Shown here: piece by piece, positions 41,281-53,726 of the stretch
Numbering within the stretch: position 1 is the stretch's first letter
How the letters are laid out: each line of letters begins with the position of its first letter
Translations under genes and position numbers: made by a program
The notes under the pieces: generated by a model
Databases searched by the model: none
Seen by the model: the letters and a program-made list of their open reading frames with translations, nothing else
What the model was told of the DNA's origin: nothing
Source of the DNA: Octopus vulgaris
Lineage: Eukaryota
Assembly: GCA_951406725.2 (NCBI GenBank)
Contig: OX597838.1
Location: forward strand, 12,896,001 to 12,960,000
Direction of reading: 5' to 3'
Length of the DNA stretch: 64,000 nt

Positions 41281-42288
41281 CTTATTACTAACACGAAATG
41301 TAATAGGAGTTGAGAGATGTCAGCCGTCTCAAACGACCAGTTGACATATGCAGAAATTGTTAGATTGTTAATACAGCTATAAGTGATGAAATTGGTGCGT
41401 GTAAGGGATTGTTAATGAAACTACGCCAGTGACGAAAATCGTGTGTGTACGTGTGTGATTTTGTCGGATTGAAGTCTTTAAGTTAATGTAACATTTCAAA
41501 TCCAGATTTAGGTTATGTTGTTAGTATAAATGACAGTGTGAATGCGCGATGTGATTTTACTATAGTCATTATTATTATTATTTTTCTTTTTCTGCTGCTG
41601 ACCTTTTGACGATATTTTTACTTCAAACTACTTTACTTTTTGTCTTTCTAAATTATAGTCTTTCACCAAAGCAATCTCTTCTGACCTTGTCTTGATAAAT
41701 CGACTTAAAACATGAGCAAGCATAGTTTAAAAAAAGTAAAAGGGAAATATTTGCAATAACAACATGTATATCCCAGTATCTTTCGTTTTATTGAAATAGT
41801 TCTTTACTCTTACGAATAAAGGTTAACTTTGTTGATTTGTTTTATGAATTTGGTCGGGGAATTATGTTCTTTTTTATGAGATGGCGGGGAAATTATTATT
41901 TTAATGAACGGACGAAATTCGTTCCTTCTCTTTTATTTTTTCTTTCTTCCCTGTGTTTTCGATTTTTCGTTTTTGTGTGTCTTGTCCTGTCTTCACTTAA
42001 ATTCCATTCACATCCTTGGATGCTGCACAGGAATATAAAATGGTTCCAGGCTTTCAATGGTCGTTTATTTTATCGACTCTGCAGAGATGAAAGGTAGAGT
42101 TCACCTCTGAGGGATTTGAACTCAGAACTAAAAGGGTCGTAATTAATACCGAGCGGCATTTTATTTTTGTTTGCTGCTCTAACGATTCGGAAAATCAAAG
42201 AAAATGCTTTTTCTTTTGATATTCCTGTGGCATATTAAAAATTCAAGTATTCTGCGTATCGGAACAGGGTCGGACTATCTTTCAACAT

Positions 42289-42507
42289 AAGGTGGCGAGC
42301 TGGCAGAATCGTTGTTAGCACGCCGGACAAAATGCATCTCAGTATTTCGTTCGTCTTTACGTTCTGAGTTCAAAATTTCGCCGAGGTCGTCTTTGTTTTT
42401 CACCTTTCGGGGTCGATAAAATAAGTACCAGCTGAGCACTGGGGTCGATGTAATGAGCTTACTCCCTTCCTCAAAATTGCTGGCCTTGTGCCAGAATTTA
42501 AAACCAT

Positions 42508-42508
<1 letters not shown>
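42289..42508 (+). mobile_element. SINE family B
   Basis: aaggtggcgagctggcagaatc head plus core. Confidence 0.85.
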
Positions 42509-42584
<76 letters not shown>

Positions 42585-42585
42585 A

Positions 42586-42632
42586 AAAACTGTCCGATGA
42601 ACGGCAACGGGAAACTCAGAGTAACAGGTTTT
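42586..42632 (+). ncRNA. type-I hammerhead ribozyme-like motif (U4C core)
   Basis: CUGU-CCGAUGA-aCG(gcaa)CGg-GAA-ACUC(a)GAGU-A-ACAG; AATAAA ~25 nt downstream. Confidence 0.55.
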
Positions 42633-42888
42633 GTTGAATTTTCTGCTGCTTTAAATAAAGCATATTACTCTACCACTGGTATTTGAGTACTCTTTTTTCC
42701 ACCTTGTTTCACATTTATGTGTTTACTCCGGTACATACATATATATATCACGGAAATGTACTTGCATAGCAAGTGACCTGATATGAGATCTTGTGATGGA
42801 ACAAAAACAATTGCAGCATGGAATGTGTTTATAAGCCATTTAAGAAACACAAAAACTGTTAGACTCACTTCAACATTTAAATTTAATT

Positions 42889-42935
42889 TTTCAAAATATT
42901 TTCGTTGCTTTGAAACTGCGACCTGTTCACTGACA
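42889..42935 (-). ncRNA. minimal hammerhead-like motif with G3-C8 core
   Basis: UGUCA-GUGAACA-g-GUCGC(9 nt)GCAAC-GAA-AAUAUU-U-UGAAA. Confidence 0.5.
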
Positions 42936-42956
42936 TAATTCTGTGCAGCCAAAATC

Positions 42957-43005
42957 TTGTCAGTGAACAGGTCACGGTCTCAAATCGAGGAAAATATTTT
43001 AGCAA
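42957..43005 (+). ncRNA. minimal hammerhead-like motif with G3-C8 core (inverted partner)
   Basis: UUGUCA-GUGAACA-g-GUCAC(9 nt)UCGAG-GAA-AAUAUU-U-UAGCAA; helices more decayed than in the partner. Confidence 0.4.
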
Positions 43006-43020
43006 ATTAAATTCAAATGA

Positions 43021-43389
43021 CTAGCACTATGACCCGGCAACGCCGGGTCATAGTGCTAGTGCGCATGCATATACAGCTGCGTGTGTGCGCATATATGCGC
43101 TGAGTACTGTCCAAATCTCTGACCAATCATATACAGCTAGCTGGTATTCAATTGGAGTATCAAGTTTCGGGCATTTTTGGGTTTTGGATAGAAAATTCAC
43201 AAAAAAGTCACTTCTATTAATTTTTTTAATGGCTTTGCAGGATGACTGGGGAAATGTAAAGATGTGCACGACCACCCTTGGATGGTTTTGAATGACCATA
43301 GAAAATTCGAGCCTTCTAACTGAAAAATTGTGGATTTGTATAAAGGATACACACACAGACAGGCATTTTGCTGTTTATATATATAGAGA
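43021..43389 (-). mobile_element. non-autonomous Helitron inserted in one arm of a foldback
   Basis: Minus strand starts TCtctatatatataaac and ends with a hairpin plus CTAG; lies between A43020 and T43390; no TSD. Confidence 0.85.
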
Positions 43390-43478
43390 TGAAGTGAATC
43401 TAACGGTTTTTTGTGTGTTTCTTAAATGGCTCATAAACACCTTCCACGCTGCAATTGTTTTTATATATATTTTTCTTT

Positions 43479-43516
<38 letters not shown>

Positions 43517-44016
43517 CACACATACGCATGTGCGCCTGTGTGTGTGTATTTTGTTTTTAACTGATGGACATGAAATAGATAATGGTATGAATAATAGCGT
43601 GGAAGTATTAGGTTAAAAACCCCCAATATTTACAGCTCATTATTCATTCTTTATCAAATTCGAATTCAGCCACTAAAAACGAATTATTTCATGTTTATAA
43701 TTTCTAATGATGTAGCCAGCCGCCACATACACAAGCGAACATATATTGTTCCTCGAATAGCGAAAGTAGAATAGAATAATGTTTTATTGAAACTGAGAAA
43801 ACTTTAGAAACTCTTACTCAAAGTTTCATGTAATCAATCATGTAATCAATCATCAGACACCCCTGAGTATTTTAAACAATATGATGCTTTATAAATGTTT
43901 ATTGACATTTATAAACTAATCATGAGATTGAAAATACTCAAGAGTGTCTGCTGATCATTTACATGAAACTTTGAGTAAACATTTCTGAAAGTTTTTGCAG
44001 CTTCGATAAAATACTA

Positions 44017-44065
<49 letters not shown>

Positions 44066-44085
44066 ACCGCGTGTGTACTGTTGGC

Positions 44086-44275
44086 GATTTTTTTTTTCCC
44101 TCCATCTTCCCTTCTTTGGATCTTTCCTTTTCTTATGTTCCTGACGAAGAGTTCCGCTCGAAACGTTAAACCCTCCTTCTCCCCTTCCTTCCTGAACGTC
44201 CAATAATACTATATTTGTTCCACGTCCTCGCGTTGTTGTATTTTCTCTTTGTGTTTTCATGTTTGGATTAACTAT
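44086..44275 (+). mobile_element. Penelope-LTR-like short element between microsatellites with hammerhead-like motif
   Basis: Motif 44137-44171 GUUC-CUGACGA-a-GAGU(ucc)GCUC-GAA-ACGU-U-AAAC; homolog at 12622-12780. Confidence 0.65.
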
Positions 44276-44664
44276 ATATATATACACACATATAATGAAA
44301 TGGTTGTTGGAGGGGACGAGAATTGGCTAATTATTCTTATGGAATTTACTGATGCTGATATTTTTCGCCCAGTAACCTTTCTGCTAATCCAATGGAGCAA
44401 TAAAGACTCTTAGTTGATAATTGTTTGCAATTTAGGTTGGAGAACTATGCTTTTTTTTCATTTTTTTCATTTTTTTTTAATTTGTGCTCCCTTCCTTCTT
44501 ATCTGTTGCTGTCAGTTTGTTTTTTTTAAAGATTGGGGTGGGGACAGGAGGAATGAAGTTAGGGAAATTATTATGCATATGTGTGTGTTTGAATGGGGTT
44601 TATGCGTGGATTATGTGTACACACACATATACATACACACACAAACGTGTGTGTGTTGCACAGC

Positions 44665-45090
44665 TGTAGGTATGTGGTAAGAGGTTTGCTTCCCAACCAC
44701 ATGCTTTCGGGTTCAGTCCCACTGTGTGGTACCTTAAGCAAATGTCTTCTGCTATTGTCTTGGACCAACCAAAGCCTTGTAAGTGGATTTCGTTGACGGA
44801 AACTGAAAGAAGCCTATTGTGTGTGTGTGTGTGTGTGTTTGTCCCCCACCACTGCTTGACGACTGGTGTTAATGTATTTTGTGTGTGGGCTTAGCCGTGT
44901 GGTTAGCCGTGTGGTTACTTTGTTAATCTGAACTCTCGTTAATGTATTTATGTCCTCGTAACTTAGTGGTTTGGAAAAAAGAGACTGAGAAAGAACCAAG
45001 CTTTAAAAAATAAGTACAGTGGTAATTTCGTTTGACTAAAGGTGGTATCCCAGCATGGCCACAGTCTAATGTCAGAAACATAAGATAAGA
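44665..45090 (+). mobile_element. SINE family A, old copy
   Basis: Diverged match with an internal duplication. Confidence 0.75.
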
Positions 45091-45168
45091 TATATTTGTG
45101 TATAAGTACGTATATGCGTGTAAATGTGTGTGTGTGTGTGTGAAGAGGTGGTAGAGCAAACAGGATAA

Positions 45169-45200
<32 letters not shown>

Positions 45201-45669
45201 GTAAATGTCGGTAAAGATGGAGAAAGGGTAAAGTTAGACGAACTACAGAATTCTCGACTCCACCTTTTTGTAATTTCCATATGACTCAATAAATAAAAGA
45301 CACACCAAAACATTGAGAAATTGGAAGCTTTGGTTCATTGTCATTACTATAACATTTTCGTTTTTTGGTGTTAACCAAACAACATCCTGTATAGTGTGGC
45401 GTGTACGTGTGTGTGTGTATGTGAATGTCTATGTATTTGTGTATATGTTGTTATATTCATGGATTTTTCGGTTGCTGTCACTGATTTGAAAATTTGATGC
45501 AACTTTCCATGCTGAATCTAAATTTGGGTTTCAGTTATTCCCAGAAAAATTTAGAAAAAAAATATTACAGAGGTGTGTAATGTGTGTAATGTATAAGTTA
45601 TATTTGTCTTTTGGTATTTGTATGCATATTTACATGTGTATTTGTGTAGGTGTGTGTATATATATATAT

Positions 45670-46200
45670 CATCATCCATCATTTTGAATCCGGGTTTTAA
45701 ATCATTTGGAATCCTGGCCACCCTTTAATAGGGGTGGCCAGATCTACCTCAATGCCATAGCAACCGCCCTCACACCATCTCACCCGGTTTCGGGCATACT
45801 CCCTTCTCAAGCAAACCCTCCCAATCTCCTCCTCCACCCCCCCTCCACATTTTCCTTGGTCTACCTTGCTTTTGCTGTCCATTTACCTCAAACTCTAGCA
45901 CCCTCTTCAGAACATGCCTCCTCAACACAACATCCCTCCTCAACACAAAATCCCTCCTCAACATAAACCCTTACCACCGCACTCCATTCGCCCTTGCCAG
46001 CCATTCCACTGATTCCTCCAGCCCCAGCATCCCCATCAAGTCCTCAGTCTTCCTCTTATCAAACAGACTCACGCCACACATTTCTCTCATCATTGCTCTC
46101 TCAGTCCTTCTCAAAATCGCCATCTCTCTCTCTCTCTCTCCCTCAAACACCATGTCTCACTCCCATACAGCATTGCAGCTCTTACACAACTCCTATAGAC
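45670..46200 (-). mobile_element. RTE-clade LINE 3' end
   Basis: Minus frames: LRRTERAMMREMCGVSLFDKRKTEDLMGMLGL...NGVRW*G and VLEFEVNGQQKQGRPRKMW; short (GAT) tail. Confidence 0.85.
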
Positions 46201-46295
46201 TTTTGCTTTCATCTTCTGTTGCTTCCTTTCTGTTTCTTATTGCCACGTTCTCCCTCTTTTTTTCTCTGTGCATAGAGCGGGTCACCTTAAGCTAG

Positions 46296-46354
<59 letters not shown>

Positions 46355-46946
46355 AACTGGGACAAGAACGTGAAACACCTAGGAGACGACACAAGAACCA
46401 CAGGACGGGACATTCGAAGCCCTCAGTCATCAGTCAAGAACCAGATCATCTTCGCAATTTCGGCTGATTAATCTATACACACACACGTGTGCACACATGT
46501 GTGCTTACATTTGGAGAAGAGGATCAATGACCACAGTCTATAAGATGTGATATAAATAGGAGACTCCATCCAATTTTTTTAAACTGATGAAAAACTTTCA
46601 CTGATTAGATTAAATTAATGACTCAACAAATTAGTTCCATAATGTGTGTGTTTTAAAGAGATAAAAATAAATAACCATTTTTGACTAAACAGCTACTTGG
46701 TTTCTTCCAATGAAATTTTTATAATTGAGTTCATTGGCAAAATCATTAGATCGTCAAACAAAATGCCTCGTGGTATTAAATTATGGCTTTTAATGTCCTG
46801 AGGTCAATTTTATTTTTCATCCTTCTGGAGTGAAACAGACAGAATACCAGTCAAGAACTGGGTTGATTTATATTATCATTATCACCATCCTCGTTGTCAT
46901 CGTTTTAATATTCAGTTTTCCATGTTCATGTGGGTCGAATGGAATA

Positions 46947-47177
46947 TATATTTCTTTACTACCCACAAGGGGCTAAACACAGAGGGGGCAAACAAGGTAA
47001 GACAAGCAGATTAAGTCGATTACATCGACCCCAGTGCGTAACTGGCACTTAATTTATCAACCCCCGAAAGGATGAAAGGCAAAATCGACCTCGGCGGAAT
47101 TTGAACTCAGAACGTAACGGCAGACGAAATACGGCTACGCATTTCGCTCGGCGTGCTAACGTTTCAGCCAGCTCGCT
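46947..47177 (-). mobile_element. SINE family B with TSD
   Basis: TSD gaatggaata at 46937-46946 and 47178-47187. Confidence 0.9.
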
Positions 47178-47466
47178 GAATGGAATACATTGAAGCAGAT
47201 TTTCTGTCTCCCCTTTTCAAGAATATAAAGTATGATTTGAGCAAGTGGTTTGGTTGCTATTTCTAGCAGGCTATGTGGGGCAAGCTGCAGCTTGTGGACT
47301 TTGTGAAATAGCATGCCAATGAAAAATTATGTCGAATTTTCTTAGTAGTACAACTTGCCTTACGATAAGCCATGTCTCATGTGACCTGCTTCTCATACAT
47401 ATGAAACTCTTTGGCCCGAGTAAAACACAAAGAATATTAGCAGGAATGTATCTGATATCCAATAGG

Positions 47467-47703
47467 TAGGCACGTAAAAAACACCATCCGATCGTGGCCA
47501 TTTGCCAGCCTCATGTGGCATGTAAAAAGCACCCACTACACTCACGGAGTGGTTGGCGTTTGGTAGGGCATCCAACCATAGAAACATTGCCAGATCAGAC
47601 TGGGCCTGGTGCAGCCATCTGGCCTCTCAGACCCCAGTTGAACCGTCCAACCCATACTAGCATGGAAAGCGGACGCTAAACGATGATGATGATGATGATG
47701 ATG
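47467..47703 (+). mobile_element. family C RTE-tail element
   Basis: Ends in (GAT)n. Confidence 0.8.
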
Positions 47704-48321
47704 AACCTTCTTACAGGACATTATCTTCTGGACACATGTTATTTACCAGAGACTGAACAGAAAATAACAAAAGGCAGTGATTATATATATGAGAGGAAAA
47801 CATGCACACACACACACAGACATATACTCACTCATATTAACTCACTCTCACACTCACATGATATTTTTGTCCTACAAAGTTTTAAAATAATTTTCCCCCT
47901 AACCCTGACCCTTATTTGCCTGTCTGTTGTCTTCGTTGCCTTTCAAACCCGGACACCCAATCTGCTTATGTAACTGTAGTTTCAAAAATTGATTGTTTTT
48001 GCTTTTGCCTTTTTTTTTAATGTGTGAATGGCATTTCAAAAATTATGTATCATCACCATTGCCACTACCACTGCCTTCACCGTCATCACAACTGTTAGTA
48101 TTCATCACCACTACTGCCTCTACCTTCAAGACCACTAGTATTATCACCACCACCACCACCACCACCACCACCATCATCAAGACCTAGTATCACCACCACC
48201 AACACTTCTATCATTATCAAGACCATTAGTACCTGTACTGACAGATCCCCCGCATTCATGTCTCAAACTTAGCTCTTCTTGAGGCCCACTATCCTGATAC
48301 CTCCATTCTTTGTCATCTATG

Positions 48322-48667
<346 letters not shown>

Positions 48668-48783
48668 CCTCTCTCCCATCCTCTATCTATCCCCTCTCTC
48701 TCCCATTCCTTGTTACTGAGAACAAATAGCATTTTGTTTGTTTTTTTGTCTATCACACAATCATACTTGACTTGCACAATCAG

Positions 48784-48814
<31 letters not shown>

Positions 48815-49227
48815 CCCCCTCTCTCTCTTTCTAGCTGATGCAATTAACCCTCTTGATATCACTCCACTTGAGATTGCCCCCTGGTTCTATGATAAAAACT
48901 TCCTGTTTTAAAGTGACCTGAGTTGAAAGTTTCCACCATAATTTCATGCTCTTATATCCCAAATATCAACTTAATAATGACAGTTACTTTGCTAAATTAT
49001 TGATTGTTTTCAAAATTAATTGAATCACGAGAATTGGATCCGAACAGAAATGCATTAACAAAACAGTTGAAATCCAGTCAACATGCTCATGGCCATTTTG
49101 TACACTGAATGTCAACTTTACACATCCAATGTTCCATACTTGCCTTATTTTTATCTGTTCTTTACAGACCAGTATTCAGTACCCTTGTCTCACTATAATG
49201 CAGCATCATATCTCTTAAATATTTTCA

Positions 49228-49394
49228 TAGGCGCAGGAGTGGCTGTGTGGTAATTAGCTTGTTTACCAACCACATGGTTCCGGGTTCAGTCCCACCGCGA
49301 GGCATCTTGGGCAAGTGTCTTCTACTATAGCCTCGGGCCGACCAAAGCCTTGTGAGTGGATTTGGTAGACGGAAACTGAAAGAAGCCTGTCGTA

Positions 49395-49449
<55 letters not shown>

Positions 49450-49658
49450 TTGTGTGTCTGTGTTTGTCCCCCTAGCATTGCTTGACAACCGATGCTGGTG
49501 TGTTTACGTCCCTGTCACTTAGCGGTTCGGCAAAAGAGACCGATAGAATAAGTACTGGGCTTACAAAGAATAAGTCCCGGGGTTGATTTGCTTGACTAAA
49601 GGCGGTGCTCCAGCATGGCCGCAGTCAAATGACTGAAACAAGTAAAAGAGTAAAAGAG
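49228..49658 (+). mobile_element. SINE family A
   Basis: Full-length match. Confidence 0.9.
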
Positions 49659-50896
49659 AGAGTAGAGTAGAAATCTTATGCAACATTTTTCCTGTGGAAA
49701 AAAGTTTGTGTGCATCATCATCATCATTTAACACTAATTGCATAATGAGTATTATCATCAAATACTTCATTACTTAAGGTAATTAATCTTTTGTGTATTC
49801 TTGTGTACACATTGAGAGATGATGAGAGTGTTTATAAACATTAATTTCATTTGAGTATTGGTTGCAAGACATTTGCAGAGGCACGTGTGCATACGTAGTT
49901 TAATGAAAATAGTGCTTTGCCTAATGCATCAGTTTTTACAAGTGCATGGCTATGTGGTTAAAAAGTTTTCTTCCCAACCACACCGCTTCAGGTTCAGTTC
50001 TACTGCATGAATTACTATGTTTCCATGGCATGAAACTGCTGGTAGATCTTCTCTAATAACAGTGTATATCGGTTTCAACTTTTGGCATGAGACCAGACGT
50101 TTGTGGGGAGGAGGTAAGTTGATTACCTTGACCCCAGTGCTTAACTGGTACTTGTTTTATTGACTTTGAAAAGATGAAAGGCAAAGTCGACCTCAGTGGA
50201 ATTTGAACTCAGAATGTAAAGACGGGTGAAATTCTGCTAAGCATTTTGCCCAGTGTGCTGACGATTCTACCAGCTCACCATCTCAAGTACTGTATATATT
50301 AAATGATATCTCTCATTGGATGGAGTACTTTTTAGTTGTTCTTACCTATAACAGAACAGTAAATTGCACACACACGCGTGCGAAAAAACTTGGCACCTTC
50401 TGTATTTTACCAGAATTGGTTTCTACAAGCCTATGAAACTTTAAGTTGTATGGAGCTGAGGGTTTTATTCTGGCCACACCCATCACTACCATTTTATCTT
50501 TTTCTCAGATACTCCCACCTACCCTCATATGACTGTAATGTAGCCATGTATCTACTCCATAGCAAGACACATATGCTTGTCCCTGGCATAAAAATCTCTT
50601 CTGCACCCTCTCAAACACTACTCTTTCTTCCTCAATTGGAAGGGTTTTCCCCGTTTCCCTTTTTATTTTTTCTTGTTCTCTCCTGTCTTGCAAGTTACTT
50701 AGCATCCTCACTGGTGCTAGTGGCATGAAAAATGTATGTCCTACACTCTGTAAAGTGGTTGGCATTAGGAAGGGCATCCAATTGGAGAAACCATGTCAAA
50801 AGTGACATGGAGCACTTTGATCTGATCAAACTGTCCAACCTATGCCAGCATGAAAAACATGTTAAATGATGATGGTGTGTGCATGCAAGCCCATTA

Positions 50897-51128
50897 CTTA
50901 TTTCTTTATTGCCCACAAGGGGCTAAACACAGAGGGGACAAACAAGGACAGACAAAGGGATTAAGTCGATTACATCGACCTCAGTGCGCAACTGGTTCTT
51001 AATTTATCAACCCCGAAAGGATGAAAGGCAAAGTCGACCTCGGCGGAATTTTAACTCAGATCGTAAAAGACAGACGAAATACCAAGCATTTCGCTCGGTG
51101 TGCTAACGTTTCTGCCAGCTTACCGCCT
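50897..51128 (-). mobile_element. SINE family B
   Basis: Reverse match to 8971-9202. Confidence 0.88.
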
Positions 51129-51524
51129 TCTTACTTACTACACCAAACACCACACATGTCACATCACACAATGCACACTAAGTCTGTTTCATGGAAACTG
51201 GATCGATAAATTGTGGAGATTCTTGTTACTTCGATTGATAAACCTGAGTGAACTTCTAAACAACAATCTGTACGTTGTTGTTGAAAGTGGATTTGCTGAA
51301 GTACTTTGAAGCTAAAGTACTTCAAGCTAACAAAGAATCCTTAGCTTGACATATTAAAAATAGTAGCCAAACCTTCCTCATATCAAATGTTATTGTGTTA
51401 AAAGTAAGGAGACAGTAAATAATGTAAACCCCAAAAATGAAAAGTTTTAAATGTCTTTGATCATATGTTTACTCAATCAGGGCTTACCTGGGGTTAAATA
51501 ACAGTAAAGTACATCTTGGTAAGG

Positions 51525-51737
51525 TACTCTTTTTACTCTTTTACTTCTTTCAGTCATTTGACTGCGGCCATGCTGGAGCACCGCCTTTAATCGAGCAACT
51601 CGACCCCGGGACTTATTCTTTGTAAGCCCAGTACTTATTCTATCGGTCTCTTTTTGCCGAACCGCTAAGTGATGGGAACATAAACACACCAGCATCGGTT
51701 GTCAAGCAATGCTAGGGGGACAAACACAGACACACAA

Positions 51738-51780
<43 letters not shown>

Positions 51781-51945
51781 CGACGGGCTTCTTTCAGTTT
51801 CCATCTACCAAATCCACTCACAAGGCTTTGGTCGGCCTGAGGCTATAGTAGAAGACACTTGCCCAAGGTGCCACGCAGTGAGACTGAACCCAGAACCATG
51901 TGGTTGGTAAACAAGCTACTTACCACACAGCCACTCCTGCACCTA
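51525..51945 (-). mobile_element. SINE family A
   Basis: Full-length reverse match. Confidence 0.9.
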
Positions 51946-52606
51946 AGGTAGGTTATTACAATTTAGAAGTAAGTGTTCCTAATTAGCATCTAGTCTGGGA
52001 CTGTGTATGTGTATCTAGGAGTAAGACAAGCGATGATGATCAGAGATCAACCTGATCGAAACATTGAGGAGATAGATATAAAAGTATTGTAGATGTATGC
52101 ACTTAAGATAAGGTTAATTAGTCTGGGAAATAATCAATTTTGTAAACAACAAACTCATCACAGACATTTAATGAGAAATGTAATCAGGTGCTTGAGGAGC
52201 TAGCAGCCAGTGTGGTGAAGTAGAACTTAAAAGTAAAATTGATGCGATTAATGGTTTAAAGTTGTGATTAAATTGTCCATAAAATTATAATCTTAATGAT
52301 TCATCATCTAGTCAATTAGACGTTTAATTACCTTGGGAACAATTTTGAAAAAAGGTGTTCATTCATCTGGACTTGTCATGCTTATTCTTTGTGTGGCACA
52401 AAGCCACACCCATACATGTGCATACATGCACACGACAGGCTTCCACACATTATCCATTTACCGAATTCGTGTACAAGCCCGGGGCTATTATAGAAGACAC
52501 TTTCCCAAGGTGCCATGCAGCAGGATTGAACCTGAAACCACATGGTTGCAAAAGATTTTCTTAATCACATGACCATATGTTCTTGTTTATTTAATGTTTG
52601 TTCAAT

Positions 52607-53017
52607 TACTCTTACTCTCTACTCTTTTACTTGTTTCAGTCATTTTGACTGTGGCCATGCTGGAGCACTGCCTTTAATCGAGCAACTCGACCCCGGGACT
52701 TATTCTTTGTAAGCCCAGTACTTATTCTATCGGTCTCTTTTTGCCGAACCGCTAAGTGACGGAGACATAAACACACCAGCATCGGTTGTCAAGCAATGCT
52801 AGGGGGACAAACGCAGACAAACACACACACACGCACATATATATATATATATACATATATACGACGGGCTTCTTTCAGTTTCCGTCTACCAAATCCACTC
52901 ACAAGGCTTTGGTCGGCCCGAGGCTGTAGTAGAAGACACTTGCCCAAGGTGCCACGCAGTGGGACTGAACCCGGAACCATGTGGTTGGTAAACAAGCTAC
53001 TTACCACACAGCCACTC
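52607..53017 (-). mobile_element. SINE family A
   Basis: Full-length reverse match. Confidence 0.9.
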
Positions 53018-53484
53018 GTTCATGTACATTAACATTTGTTCCTTTGTTTTGCGTTCCATCTCGGTTGTTTTGACTGGTTTTGAATAATGCCTAATATCCA
53101 AGACATAATTTATATCATGTGTGTTCTTTCTGTGAGCCTAATTTTTTCTTTATTAAAAAAAAAAAAATGACAAAAACAAAACTCCAACACTGAAACTACA
53201 TCAACATGTTTGTAAAAATTAAATAATTTTAGTTGATGTGTGTTAATTTATTTAATCGTATCAATGTCACTAGGAGCCATATAATTTGCTTGAGGGTGTT
53301 TGGTTTCAGGAAAGTCAAAAAGACATTTCAGTAAAAATTAACAGTTGAAATTTCTGTTTGTTCACTTGTAGTTTTTTGCCTCCTTTCAATACCAGCCTGT
53401 CTGAAACTGCTCCTGTTTTCTTCTTTTCTGTTTTTCCTTGACAGTCTACTCTTTCGTTAGCATATTTCTCTTGAAATATACCAC

Positions 53485-53726
53485 CTTTACTCTTTTACTT
53501 GTTTCAGTCATTTGACTGCGGCCATGCTGGAGCACCGCCTTTAGTCGAGCAAATCGACCCCAGGACTTATTCTTTGTAAGCCCAGTACTTATTCTATCGG
53601 TCTCTTTTGCCGAACCGCTAAGTGACGGGGACGTAAACACACCAGCATCAGTTGTCAAGCAATGCTAGGGGGACAAACACAGACACACAAACATATACAC
53701 ACACATACATATATATATATATATAT
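53485..53726 (-). mobile_element. SINE family A, 3' half only
   Basis: Match stops at the internal microsatellite. Confidence 0.88.

Noticed and set aside
51990-52270. Possible R4/RTE-type RT relic (YLGV...KIDAING)
   Set aside because: Too degenerate to support without a profile search.
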